Below are positions 40,986 to 50,454 of a stretch of 64,000 bases of DNA, piece after piece (the stretch's first letter is position 1; the number at the start of each line of letters is the position of its first letter). The DNA is taken from assembly GCA_049472335.1 (NCBI GenBank), contig JBLIRO010000008.1:18085-82084 (forward strand), read 5' to 3'. The DNA comes from a bacterium (GTDB lineage Bacteria > SZUA-182 > DTGQ01 > JAFGSM01). Position numbers and translations under genes: made by a program. The notes under the pieces were generated by a model that was not told where the DNA came from, searched no databases, and was given only the letters and a program-made list of their open reading frames with translations.

Positions 40986-41819
40986 TCAACCCGTGAACTT
41001 CTTCCTATTGATTCCAACTATACCAATAAAACCAAGACTAAGAAGTAAAATAGTAGCAGGCTCAGGCGTTGTCAAATCGGGATATTCAGCTAGGTCAGCA
41101 GATTCAACCATGAATACAAAGTCGGTAAAATCAGGTTCTATATCACTCCATTCAGGATAACCATCATTTATGCCATTTCCATTTCCCCAATGCATAGAAT
41201 GAAGGTCTTCAAAGGCAAAAATATGCTCATCGGTATCCCAAAGACCCGGGGCAGATTGTAATATTTGAACGGTATCAATACCTTTACCTTGATATGCGAC
41301 CATATGATCCATACCATCAGCATTTAAGGATGAATCACTATACCAGGCTCCGCCTGTCCATCCTGGATGACCTGCTGTTGAATCTAAATAATAACCAATT
41401 TTATTTCCAGTAAAATCTATACCAGAATCCACAAAGTTAACTATAACGCTTCCATCGCTCAAAATGGACAACAATGCCTGATATTTGGTAGTAGCTGGTC
41501 CCCAAATTGGAATCCTTTTTGTTGGATCATCTGCATCATAAACTCCAAATGTATTGGTGCCTGCCCATATTGTCTCTTCTATTATCATAGAAATAACGGA
41601 TCCAAGCGATGTATGGATTGACCAGTAAGAATCCATATTATCAGTAAGTGCGTCTGTAAGGACATTTGTGCTGCTGATACCAGGATATGGGCCCAGGGTT
41701 ATATTATCAAGTACTGTTTGGAGTCCGACACCACCATCACCAAAGAGGACAGCGGTTGCCTTTCCTCCTGTCATAATCAAGGCCATTATCATTGCCGTGC
41801 ATATCAAAAATTTCTTCAT
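40986..41819 (-). CDS. PEP-CTERM sorting-domain protein (DUF4114-like)
   Basis: Signal peptide; 'FEDL..DFTDFVFMVE'; C-terminal 'TPEPATILLLSLGFIGIVGINRKK'. Confidence 0.9.
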   Translation of the reverse strand: MKKFLICTAMIMALIMTGGKATAVLFGDGGVGLQTVLDNITLGPYPGISSTNVLTDALTDNMDSYWSIHTSLGSVISMIIEETIWAGTNTFGVYDADDPTKRIPIWGPATTKYQALLSILSDGSVIVNFVDSGIDFTGNKIGYYLDSTAGHPGWTGGAWYSDSSLNADGMDHMVAYQGKGIDTVQILQSAPGLWDTDEHIFAFEDLHSMHWGNGNGINDGYPEWSDIEPDFTDFVFMVESADLAEYPDLTTPEPATILLLSLGFIGIVGINRKKFTG

Positions 41820-42104
41820 CCTTTTATCTCCTTTCCATCTTAATTTTATAGAGAATAATTTAAATCATCTTCAATTCGAGGGATTTTAATCAGCAAAAAC
41901 AAAAAATTTTTAATAATGGAACAAATCAAAAATTTTAGTCATAAATTAATCAAAAATGTTAATCACCGAATAACAAATAATGCTAATCAAAAATGAAACA
42001 AATGGTTTTAAGATTTTTTCTCTCCTTTTGACCTCCTTTCCAGAGTTGTTCTTTCTAGTGTTATTCAGTAGCACAACATCAGTTTTATATGTTGAAATAA
42101 GCAA

Positions 42105-42120
42105 AGCAATTATAATGCCA
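42105..42120 (-). promoter_or_regulatory. sigma54 -24/-12 promoter of the PEP-CTERM gene
   Basis: TGGCATTATAATTGCT. Confidence 0.75.
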
Positions 42121-42411
42121 GTTTTATTCCTTTGGTTAATTATCCAATATTAAAAATCTTAAGATTGTTAATAGGTTTTTTTAGCCACCTTTAAAATATA
42201 TAAATAGTAGTCTTCTGATACATATTTGGTTTTTATGATATTCATAACTAGCCGAAAAATAAGAACAAATCAATTGCCACTCCTAAAAGGGCGGCTTGAA
42301 AAAGGTGAGAATAAAGAGTGCCGCTTGGATTTAAAAGGCTTATCTGACTTTCTTTTTAGGATAGATTTATTTTAAATTATAAGCGAGTATTCAAAAAATT
42401 GAATTGAAATT

Positions 42412-43845
42412 TTATTCAGTTTCTTCTATCCCGAAACGCTCCATTTTATTTCTTAGGGTGTTGCGATTAATTCCAAGAAGGGACGCGGCCTGGACCTTGT
42501 TCCCCTTGGTGAGGCGTATCGCCCTTTCGATTAACCCTTTTTCGAGTATGGACATTATGTCAAGCCCCGGGGTATCCTTGACCGCTTTAGTAATGCTTTC
42601 AAATAATTTATCCATTAAGGGCTCCAGTGCTTCTGCGAATTCTTCCTCAATTGCATGCTCCATGCCTTTCGCGCATAGGATCTGATCCGGCAGATTCTCG
42701 ATATGGATCTCATTGCCCTTGCAGATGACAATGGCCCTCTTGACTACGTTTTCCAGCTCTCTGACATTTCCGGGCCAATGATAATTCATAAATAATTCCA
42801 TGGCGTCATCTCTGATCCCCAGGATATCCTTTTGCAGGTCCTTTTTGAAACGGGAGATGAAATAGCTTATCAGCATGGGGATATCTTCCCTTCTGTCCCT
42901 GAGCGCCGGGAGGTGAATGGTTACCACGTTTAGCCTGTAGTAAAGGTCTTCCCTGAAGTAGCCTTCTTTGACGCCAGCCTCCAGATCCTTGTTTGTGGCG
43001 GCAATCAACCGGACATCCAGCTTGATGGTTTCTGAGCTCCCAAGCCTCTGGATCTCCCCTTCCTGGATAAACCGGAGGATTTTGGCCTGGACATGAATGG
43101 GCATATCCCCGATCTCGTCAAGAAAGATTGTCCCGGTGTGCGCCTGCTCAAACCGTCCGATCCTCTTGTGATCCGCCCCTGTGAAAGCCCCTTTTTCATG
43201 TCCGAAAAGCTCGCTTTCCAGTAGATTCTCCGGAATGGCGGCACAGTTGATGGATAAGAAGGGGCGATTGCTTCGTATACTGTGATAAAAGATCGCCCTG
43301 GCGACAAGCTCCTTTCCCGTTCCACTTTCTCCTGTGATCAGTACATTGACCTCTTTTCCCGCAATCTGGCCGATGGCCTTGTAGACCTCTTGCATGTGAA
43401 AAGAATTTCCAACAATGCTTTCCCCTTCCCATTGCTCTTTTTGGTCCGTCTCGTAAGAGACCGGGCTTCTGACAGATTTGGCCACCTGGATGGCCTTCCG
43501 GACAGTCTCCCACATCCTGGGAATATCAAAGGGCTTCAGAATATAGTCGAATGCCCCCAGTTTCATGGCCTTGATCGCCCGGTCTGTTGTGCCGTGCGCT
43601 GTTGCCATGATGACCTGCAACCCCGGATTTTCCTCCTTGATGGCCGCAAGAAGATCGAGGCCTGAAAGTCCTGGCATAACAATGTCGATAAGGGCCACAT
43701 CGGGCATAGCCCCCTGTCTGAGAAGCTCCAGGGCCTCCCGGCCGTTTCTCGCCATGAGCGTCTGCATACCCTTTTCCTCAAACATCCGTTTCAGAGAATA
43801 ACGCACTCCCCGGTCATCGTCTACGATCAGTATTGTCTCCGGCAT
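42412..43845 (-). CDS. NtrC-family sigma54-dependent response regulator
   Basis: REC 'ILIVDDD..DIVMPG'; 'GESGTGKE', 'ESELFGHEKGAFTGA', 'WPGNVREL'; Fis-type HTH. Confidence 0.95.
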   Translation of the reverse strand: MPETILIVDDDRGVRYSLKRMFEEKGMQTLMARNGREALELLRQGAMPDVALIDIVMPGLSGLDLLAAIKEENPGLQVIMATAHGTTDRAIKAMKLGAFDYILKPFDIPRMWETVRKAIQVAKSVRSPVSYETDQKEQWEGESIVGNSFHMQEVYKAIGQIAGKEVNVLITGESGTGKELVARAIFYHSIRSNRPFLSINCAAIPENLLESELFGHEKGAFTGADHKRIGRFEQAHTGTIFLDEIGDMPIHVQAKILRFIQEGEIQRLGSSETIKLDVRLIAATNKDLEAGVKEGYFREDLYYRLNVVTIHLPALRDRREDIPMLISYFISRFKKDLQKDILGIRDDAMELFMNYHWPGNVRELENVVKRAIVICKGNEIHIENLPDQILCAKGMEHAIEEEFAEALEPLMDKLFESITKAVKDTPGLDIMSILEKGLIERAIRLTKGNKVQAASLLGINRNTLRNKMERFGIEETE

Positions 43846-43847
43846 TT

Positions 43848-46598
43848 TTATGTCCCCTTGGAATTTGTCAATGGCATGATGATATTAAAGATGCTCCCCT
43901 TTCCCTCTTCGCTCTCAATAAAGATTTTACCATAGTGGGCCTCGATTATCCTCTTGGTTATGGACAGACCCAAACCGATACCCTCCTCCTTGGTGGTGAA
44001 AAATGGTTCGAAGAGCTTTTTTCTAACAGCTTCAGGTATCCCTATCCCTTCATCCTGAAAGGAAATTTTTATATCTTCCCTATCCACGACAGTGAAAATG
44101 GTCAGTCTTCCCCCTTCGGACATGGCCTGCATGGCATTAAGGATGAGATTCAAAAAGAGCTGCTTCATCTGATCCTTATCCGCCAAAACATGGGGAACAG
44201 GCTGTAAATTCTTATGAACTTCTATATCATGCTCCTTTAGCTCATGCCTCATAATGAGAAGGGTCTCTTCAATGAGCTGATGAATATCCGCTTTCTCCAT
44301 CCTGGGTTCGCTGGGACGCGCAAAATCCAGAAATTGTTTGATAATCTGGTTGATACGTTCGATCTCGTTTTCGATTACAGCTATATCTTCCCGCCGCATG
44401 TCTTCAGCGGAAAGTCTTTCCTTTAAGGAGTGGATAAGTATTCTTATACTGGTCAGTGGGTTTCTGATCTCGTGGGCGACCCCGGCAGACAGTTGTCCGA
44501 GTGCGGATAGACGGCTTGATTGAATCAATTGATCCTGTGTCTTTCGAAGATCTTCCGTGGCACGTTTGACGCGCTCCTCCAGCTCCAGGTTGAACAATTT
44601 CAATTCATTGTATAGCTTGGCATTCTCAATGGCAAGTCCCGCCTGGCTGGAAAAGGTGATCAGGGAATCCACCTTTTCCTGTGTGATGATCTTGTCCTTG
44701 TATATATAATCTGCGGTAATAACCCCCATGATTCGATCCTTCCCCTCCAGGGGTACTGCGACAAAGGATTTTAGGTTAAAGAGCTTTTTGAGCTCGATGT
44801 TGACCCTCGGATCGTTCATTGCATCCTGTATGACATAGGCCTTTTTGTCCGCTATGACCCGGGCGATGATGCTTTTGCTCTTATTGAGAGACAATGTGAT
44901 GAGTGGCACCATCTCCTGATCGATCCCGACAGCCATTTTGCATTCAAGGATATTTTCTTTTTCATTCACGAGATATAACCTGACGCGGTCAAATCCTATG
45001 GTGTGGGTAACCCCTTTCAGAATGAGGTGAAGGATGTCGTCCAGATTCAAGCTGTGCATAGAACGGCCGATCTCATGAAGCACGGCGAGCTCACGGACCC
45101 TTTTGAGTTCATTAAAGATCAAGTCCTGTTTTCTCTGAAATTCATCAAACAGTGGGTATGAGCTCATCATATGCTCGCTGTAATCCAGGCCCTGGATCTC
45201 CTCTTCAACAGAAACACGCAATCCTATGGTTTTATGGATCGCATAAAAGACGGCCAGGGCGATCCCAAAGCTCCATGCGAATACCGCTGCTATCCCCAGT
45301 GATTGTATTGCCAGGGGTTTGAATCCGCCGCCGAAAAAAAGGCCATTATAAGAAAGACCTATGCTGTTTAGGCTGAATTTTCCCTGGGCAAAAAGCGCTA
45401 CGGCCAGTGTACCCCAAACCCCGTTTATCCCGTGCACTGAAATGGCGCCCACGGCGTCATCCAGCTTGAGTTTTTCAAAGCATTTAACGGACGCGCCGAG
45501 CAGAAGTCCTCCAATAGCGCCGATCAGGATGGAGGAGAATGGTCCCACGAGGGCGGATGTGGCAGTACTGGTCACAAGTCCCGCCAGTACCCCGTTCAGG
45601 GTAAAGCCCACATCAGGTTTGCCCTTTCGCCACCAGGTATAAAGCATTATGGCAATGGAGCCGCTCACTGCGGAAAGGATGGTATTGATGGCGATCAGGG
45701 CGATACTGGGATTGGTCCCTGAAAGCACGCTTCCGGTATTGAAACCGAACCAGCCCAGCCACATAATGAATACTCCGATTGCCACCAGGGGGATATTGTG
45801 GCCCGGTATTGGCAGGGACTTACCCTTGCGGTCGAACCTTCCTATCCTGGGGCCCAGGATGATAATGCCTGCAAGCGAAACCCAGCCTCCCAGAGAATGG
45901 ACCACTGTTGAACCGGCAAAATCCATCATCCCCAGTTTTGAGAGCCATCCGCCCCCCCATATCCAATGCCCCGCAACCGGATAGATCAGGGCGCTTACAA
46001 TGAGGCTGTAAACCAGATATCCCACAAACTTTGTTCTCTCGGCCATGGCCCCGGACACTATGGTGGCCGCTGTCCCGGCAAAGACCACCTGAAAGATGAG
46101 ATTCGCGAACATCCAATTATTGATGCCTTCTCCGAGGCTCATATGGCTGAGGAAGAAATCGGAGGTCCCGAAAAGGCCCCATCTGCTTGCCCCGAACATG
46201 ATTCCGTAACCGATCAGAAGGAATGTGATTGAGCCCACGGTAAAATCAGAGAGGTTTTTCATGACGATATTTCCGGCATTCTTTGCCCGGGTTAATCCCA
46301 CCTCCACCAGAGTGAAGCCACCCTGCATGAAAAAAATAAGAAATGCGGAAATAAGAATCCATATGATATCCAGAGACTGGGCGTGGTTTGAGATCATCTT
46401 GATATGCTCCCTGGTGATCTCGTTACTAAGGGCATTTGAGCATAAAAGGAAGGGGAATAATATTAACAGAAAAAGAAAGAAAAAAAACAAGGCCTTTTTT
46501 TTCTGATACATATCGATCTTTTTATTTATTTTCATAGTAATTTTCCAGTCATTTTTATATACCGGATGAAATAATTGATCATTTATATATAATGACAT
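43848..46598 (-). CDS. amt: Ammonium transporter (Amt)-GAF-histidine kinase fusion
   Basis: Amt 'FMQGGF','GAMAER','HWIWGGG','DFAGSTVVH','WFGFN','DDAVGAISVHG'; GAF; H-box 'AHEIRNPL', 'NAMQAM','FEPFFTTK','GIGLGL'. Confidence 0.93.
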   Translation of the reverse strand: MSLYINDQLFHPVYKNDWKITMKINKKIDMYQKKKALFFFFLFLLILFPFLLCSNALSNEITREHIKMISNHAQSLDIIWILISAFLIFFMQGGFTLVEVGLTRAKNAGNIVMKNLSDFTVGSITFLLIGYGIMFGASRWGLFGTSDFFLSHMSLGEGINNWMFANLIFQVVFAGTAATIVSGAMAERTKFVGYLVYSLIVSALIYPVAGHWIWGGGWLSKLGMMDFAGSTVVHSLGGWVSLAGIIILGPRIGRFDRKGKSLPIPGHNIPLVAIGVFIMWLGWFGFNTGSVLSGTNPSIALIAINTILSAVSGSIAIMLYTWWRKGKPDVGFTLNGVLAGLVTSTATSALVGPFSSILIGAIGGLLLGASVKCFEKLKLDDAVGAISVHGINGVWGTLAVALFAQGKFSLNSIGLSYNGLFFGGGFKPLAIQSLGIAAVFAWSFGIALAVFYAIHKTIGLRVSVEEEIQGLDYSEHMMSSYPLFDEFQRKQDLIFNELKRVRELAVLHEIGRSMHSLNLDDILHLILKGVTHTIGFDRVRLYLVNEKENILECKMAVGIDQEMVPLITLSLNKSKSIIARVIADKKAYVIQDAMNDPRVNIELKKLFNLKSFVAVPLEGKDRIMGVITADYIYKDKIITQEKVDSLITFSSQAGLAIENAKLYNELKLFNLELEERVKRATEDLRKTQDQLIQSSRLSALGQLSAGVAHEIRNPLTSIRILIHSLKERLSAEDMRREDIAVIENEIERINQIIKQFLDFARPSEPRMEKADIHQLIEETLLIMRHELKEHDIEVHKNLQPVPHVLADKDQMKQLFLNLILNAMQAMSEGGRLTIFTVVDREDIKISFQDEGIGIPEAVRKKLFEPFFTTKEEGIGLGLSITKRIIEAHYGKIFIESEEGKGSIFNIIMPLTNSKGT

Positions 46599-46648
46599 AT
46601 TATCAACCTTAATAAAATCTTACAAGATTAAAAAAAGAGCAGAAAAAA

Positions 46649-46706
46649 AATGCAAAAAGCAAAATAAAAATTGCAAAATGCAAAAAGGCAAAGGACAAAC
46701 TGCAAA
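46649..46706. repeat. Degenerate heptamer (TGCAAAA-type) repeat
   Basis: tgcaaaa-agcaaaa..ttgcaaa-atgcaaa-aggcaaa..; reverse-orientation relative of 13362-13396. Confidence 0.6.
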
Positions 46707-46750
46707 TTTGGATTTGCTAAAGATAAGCCCGGCTATGACTCTATTGAATA

Positions 46751-46787
46751 GGGTGCGGTAATTATCAACATGATAATTACCGCACCC
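46751..46787. repeat. Perfect 17-bp hairpin (REP-like or terminator)
   Basis: GGGTGCGGTAATTATCA-ACA-TGATAATTACCGCACCC. Confidence 0.85.
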
Positions 46788-46809
46788 GGAGAGATCTAAA
46801 TTAATCTTT

Positions 46810-47682
46810 TTAATGCACTTCCTCAATTGAGACGTTATCTATTAGAACACAGGTTGGCCATGGATCACTATCTGTTATAAGCCCAAATGTTAATATGGCT
46901 TTTTCAGCCATATTCCGCTTTGGAAGTCTTATTGTTTCAGAATAGTGGCTAAAGCTGACAGGCTCATAATTTGCGGGATTCATCGGATCATCACCAACAA
47001 GTCTTCCAAAAGGCGCAAAGCCTCCATCAGTATCACTATATTGCATGCCGGTATTAGGGTCAGCCATTCCGGGATCACCACAACTCCATTCCCATATTGT
47101 GATTTTCCTAACTTTCCTGCTTACCTTGTTTAGAAGTTCTATTTGAGCATATACCTTGTCGTTGTCTCCCTCTTCGCCCAAAATGCCATCCAATGTCCGG
47201 GCCAAGTAATCAAATTCAATTACCAAAAATCTGCTTGATTTATTAATCTCAAAATTTTTAGATATGGATATTTTCTCATTTGGCGAAAATAAAGGGATTA
47301 ATGGCCCGCCAATATGGGCAAAACGATTATTTGCATCGTTTGCCATCCCAATCATTCCATCTGCCGCAAGAATTCGGTCACTCATTGGGGCAGTCGAAAA
47401 ATCATGCGGCCAGTTTTCAGGAAGAATTGGATTAATCCCTGTAATAAGCTTATCACTTGATTTGACCATTTCATATTTCCAACCGGAAAAATTATATAAA
47501 TTAACGGTAGGGAAGGGGATCATCCCGAATGGGGTATTTTTTAATCCTCCATCCGCACCAATTTGGGCTCCTGTTTCAAAACCCTCAAAAAATACTTCAC
47601 CGATATTTTTCGCGTTTACTCCCAAAGATATTGCAGCTATAACAAAAACAGAAATTACAATACATAGAGCAAACTTTCTCAT
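46810..47682 (-). CDS. Secreted hypothetical protein (jelly-roll-like)
   Basis: AGGAGG RBS; signal peptide; 'FFEGFE' start and 'LIDNVSI' end. Confidence 0.75.
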   Translation of the reverse strand: MRKFALCIVISVFVIAAISLGVNAKNIGEVFFEGFETGAQIGADGGLKNTPFGMIPFPTVNLYNFSGWKYEMVKSSDKLITGINPILPENWPHDFSTAPMSDRILAADGMIGMANDANNRFAHIGGPLIPLFSPNEKISISKNFEINKSSRFLVIEFDYLARTLDGILGEEGDNDKVYAQIELLNKVSRKVRKITIWEWSCGDPGMADPNTGMQYSDTDGGFAPFGRLVGDDPMNPANYEPVSFSHYSETIRLPKRNMAEKAILTFGLITDSDPWPTCVLIDNVSIEEVH

Positions 47683-47729
47683 TTCTACCCTCCTGCCGAT
47701 TATCAGGCACTGTTTCGGGGTTAACTTTA

Positions 47730-47857
47730 TGACTGGACTCTTAATAAGTCATTTCATCATTTTAGTGCCTTTTGTGTGGGCCCTAAAGCCACCTTTGCCA
47801 GGGGACTTTAGCAAAGAATGCCAATGCACTTTTTAATGACTTTTTACGAGTCTGTCA
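47730..47857. mobile_element. Degenerate second copy of the MITE-like element
   Basis: TGACTGGACTCTTAATAAGTC ... GACTTTTTACGAGTCTGTCA; shares the ACTTTTTACGA core with 40937. Confidence 0.5.
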
Positions 47858-47980
47858 ACATAGCCACTTTTGCAAAAGCAATCAATTTAAAAAACAATTT
47901 GTCCTAAACTTGCAAGCTTAAGGAATACCTTTAACCAGGATATTTCTCCTGTTAAGGTATTCAAGACACGAGGTTTTAAA

Positions 47981-47996
47981 AGCAATTAATATACCA
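47981..47996 (-). promoter_or_regulatory. sigma54 promoter
   Basis: TGGTATATTAATTGCT upstream of gene 47682. Confidence 0.7.
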
Positions 47997-48311
47997 GAGG
48001 TAATTATTATTATATTTTTTATATAAGTTGAGAAATTAAAAGCATTAGTCAAGTTTAAACAATTAATTATTCTTAATTTAAAAACTTAAAAGATAAGATA
48101 CGATAATATAAATTAATTTGCAATAATTTTTCTATTATGTAATTATTTGCATATTATACTATATTATATACATTTTGTGTAATAAAAATGTGAGATGTTA
48201 AAAGCAATGCACGATTCTCCAGAGGTTTATTATATTACGAATTTATTATATAATTGATAGTATTTACAACGAACCTGATGAGAATCGTGTATTATAAGGA
48301 TTGGGGTTCCA

Positions 48312-48698
48312 TCAGATCAAACGCGATAGAGATTCTTCAATAGCCCTTGTTGTAAAGGGCTTATTAATAATATCCTGAATCCCGATTTTTATTGCTTCTG
48401 ACAAAACATCTTTATTCCCATATGCTGTGACGAGTATCTTGATAACCTGGGGATGGGAGTTCTGAATCTTCCTGAAAAATTCAAGACCATCCATCCCAGG
48501 CAATCGATAATCAGTGATAATAATTTCATAGGATTGCTTTTTGAGTAATTTAAGTGCCTCCTCAGCAGTTTCAAGCGCCAATAAATGGCATCCCTCATTT
48601 TTAAAGAATAGGCTAAGAGAGTCTCTTATCCATTCATCATCGTCTATCAGCAATATTTTTTTTTCTTTTAACTTGTTGAATAGATCCATTTTTGTCAT
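48312..48698 (-). CDS. Single-domain (CheY-like) response regulator
   Basis: 'ILLIDDD..TDYRLPGMDG..TAYG..NKPF'. Confidence 0.92.
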   Translation of the reverse strand: MTKMDLFNKLKEKKILLIDDDEWIRDSLSLFFKNEGCHLLALETAEEALKLLKKQSYEIIITDYRLPGMDGLEFFRKIQNSHPQVIKILVTAYGNKDVLSEAIKIGIQDIINKPFTTRAIEESLSRLI

Positions 48699-48806
48699 CC
48701 TTTAACAAGGATCTGAATGTTTTAGTCTAGTTAAACTAAATCTTAAGTATAAAAAGGTTATTTAGAAAAAACTGGTTATAATATTTTTTACCTTAATGAT
48801 ATTTAT

Positions 48807-48822
48807 AGCATGTAGTATGCCA
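48807..48822 (-). promoter_or_regulatory. sigma54 promoter
   Basis: TGGCATACTACATGCT upstream of gene 48698. Confidence 0.65.
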
Positions 48823-49065
48823 CAGATTCAGAATATAAAATTCTAATGAATTTAGTTAGTTAACCCTGTGATATCTGAAAAATATTCCTGATTGAGAATT
48901 ACATTTAGAAAAATTTCAAAAATCTTTTTAGAAAAATTCCTAAACAAGAAGAATCACATAAATAATTTCACTGGATGCATTAGGTAAAAAAAGAAGCTTT
49001 TGTGTGTACAATATATGTGGATAGTCAATATCGTTATCCGGATAACCTTTTAAACGAATAATATA

Positions 49066-50454
49066 TTACTTTATTTTGAGTTTTTTCCTTCTGTAACGAA
49101 AGGTGTGGTGATTTATGTTAAGGAGCCTCGCAGCCTTGCTTTCATTTCCTCCGGATAACCGGAGGGCTTCTTTAATGTAGAATTTTTCCAATGATTCTTG
49201 CATGGATGGAAGGTCGATACCCTCGAAAGGGATAGGTGTAAATTTGATCTGATTGTTTATTTTTTCTGAAAGCTTTTCTTTATGGGGTATTTCAATCCCC
49301 AGATCCTCCAATCTTATCTCAGGCCCTTTGCCTATCAGGACCCCTCTTTCAATAAGGTTTTTTAATTCACGAACATTGCCTGTCCACTCATATGATTTTA
49401 AAACGCTCTCTGCCTGTGAAGAAACACCGGTAAATTTTTTTCCAAATTTAAGACTAAACGCCAGTAGAAAATGCTTTGCCAGAGGGATAATATCCTCACG
49501 GCGTTCATTCAAGGAAGGCACTTGTATTTTAATAACTCCCAGACGGAAATAAAGATCCTTTCTGAACTGACCTTTTTCTATCATGCTATTCAGATCTTTG
49601 TTTGTTGCAGATACTACTCTGGTTTTGACTTTTAATTTGCCTACACCGCCTATCCTGTAAAATTCTCCATCTTCCAGAAATCGTAATAGCTTCGCCTGGG
49701 CTTCAAGACTCAAATCGCCAACCTCATCAAGAAACAGAGTTCCGTTTGCCGCTTCTTCTATTAATCCTTTTTTGCCGAAGACCCTTGCCCCGGTAAAGGC
49801 GCCTTTTTCATACCCGAAAAGCTCACTTTCGATAAGGTCCCTTGGAATAGCAGCACAATTTACAGCAATTAAGTTGCCTTTGAAGTTAGGGCTCCTGTAA
49901 TGGATGGCGCTCGCAATCAATTCTTTGCCGGTGCCAGTCTCCCCGCAGATTAGAATCGGGGTGTCCGGACTTTTTGCCACCATCTCTATGAACTCCATCA
50001 CGTCCTGGATTGCGTTGCTTTCCCCAATAAAACAACCAAAATTTTCCTTTAGATATTTCCCCTGAAGTACCTGAACCTCTTTTCTAAGACTGATTGTTTC
50101 AAGGGCATTGCGAATGGTCACTTCCAGACTGTCCATATGAATAGGCTTCACCACATAATCATAGGCACCGAGTTTCATGGCAGATATCACGCTGTTTATA
50201 TCCTCATAAGCGGTTATCATAATGACTAAAATATCAGGGTACAGGAACTTTATTTTACGAAGCGCTTCTATTCCATCCATGTTTGGCAATCCTATGTCGA
50301 GCAGAATCAGGTCCGGCGGCTTCTTTTTGATGGCGTCAATCGCTGTCTCTGCGGTAGAATAGGCATCCACCCGGTAGTCTGCCCCCAGGGCCATGGTTAT
50401 CCCTTCCCTTACAGTCTGTTCATCATCTATGATGGATATGGAGTATGAAATCAT
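49066..50454 (-). CDS. NtrC-family sigma54-dependent response regulator
   Basis: REC; 'GETGTGKE','ESELFGYEKGAFTGA','WTGNVREL'; HTH. Confidence 0.95.
   Translation of the reverse strand: MISYSISIIDDEQTVREGITMALGADYRVDAYSTAETAIDAIKKKPPDLILLDIGLPNMDGIEALRKIKFLYPDILVIMITAYEDINSVISAMKLGAYDYVVKPIHMDSLEVTIRNALETISLRKEVQVLQGKYLKENFGCFIGESNAIQDVMEFIEMVAKSPDTPILICGETGTGKELIASAIHYRSPNFKGNLIAVNCAAIPRDLIESELFGYEKGAFTGARVFGKKGLIEEAANGTLFLDEVGDLSLEAQAKLLRFLEDGEFYRIGGVGKLKVKTRVVSATNKDLNSMIEKGQFRKDLYFRLGVIKIQVPSLNERREDIIPLAKHFLLAFSLKFGKKFTGVSSQAESVLKSYEWTGNVRELKNLIERGVLIGKGPEIRLEDLGIEIPHKEKLSEKINNQIKFTPIPFEGIDLPSMQESLEKFYIKEALRLSGGNESKAARLLNINHHTFRYRRKKLKIK

Noticed and set aside
47811..47823. Additional sigma54 promoter TGGCATTCTTTGC
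   Set aside because: GG-GC spacing is 8 rather than 10.
47700..47830. c-di-AMP or c-di-GMP riboswitch in the leader of gene 47682
   Set aside because: Only fragmentary resemblance, better explained by the inverted-repeat element. An Rfam scan would be needed.
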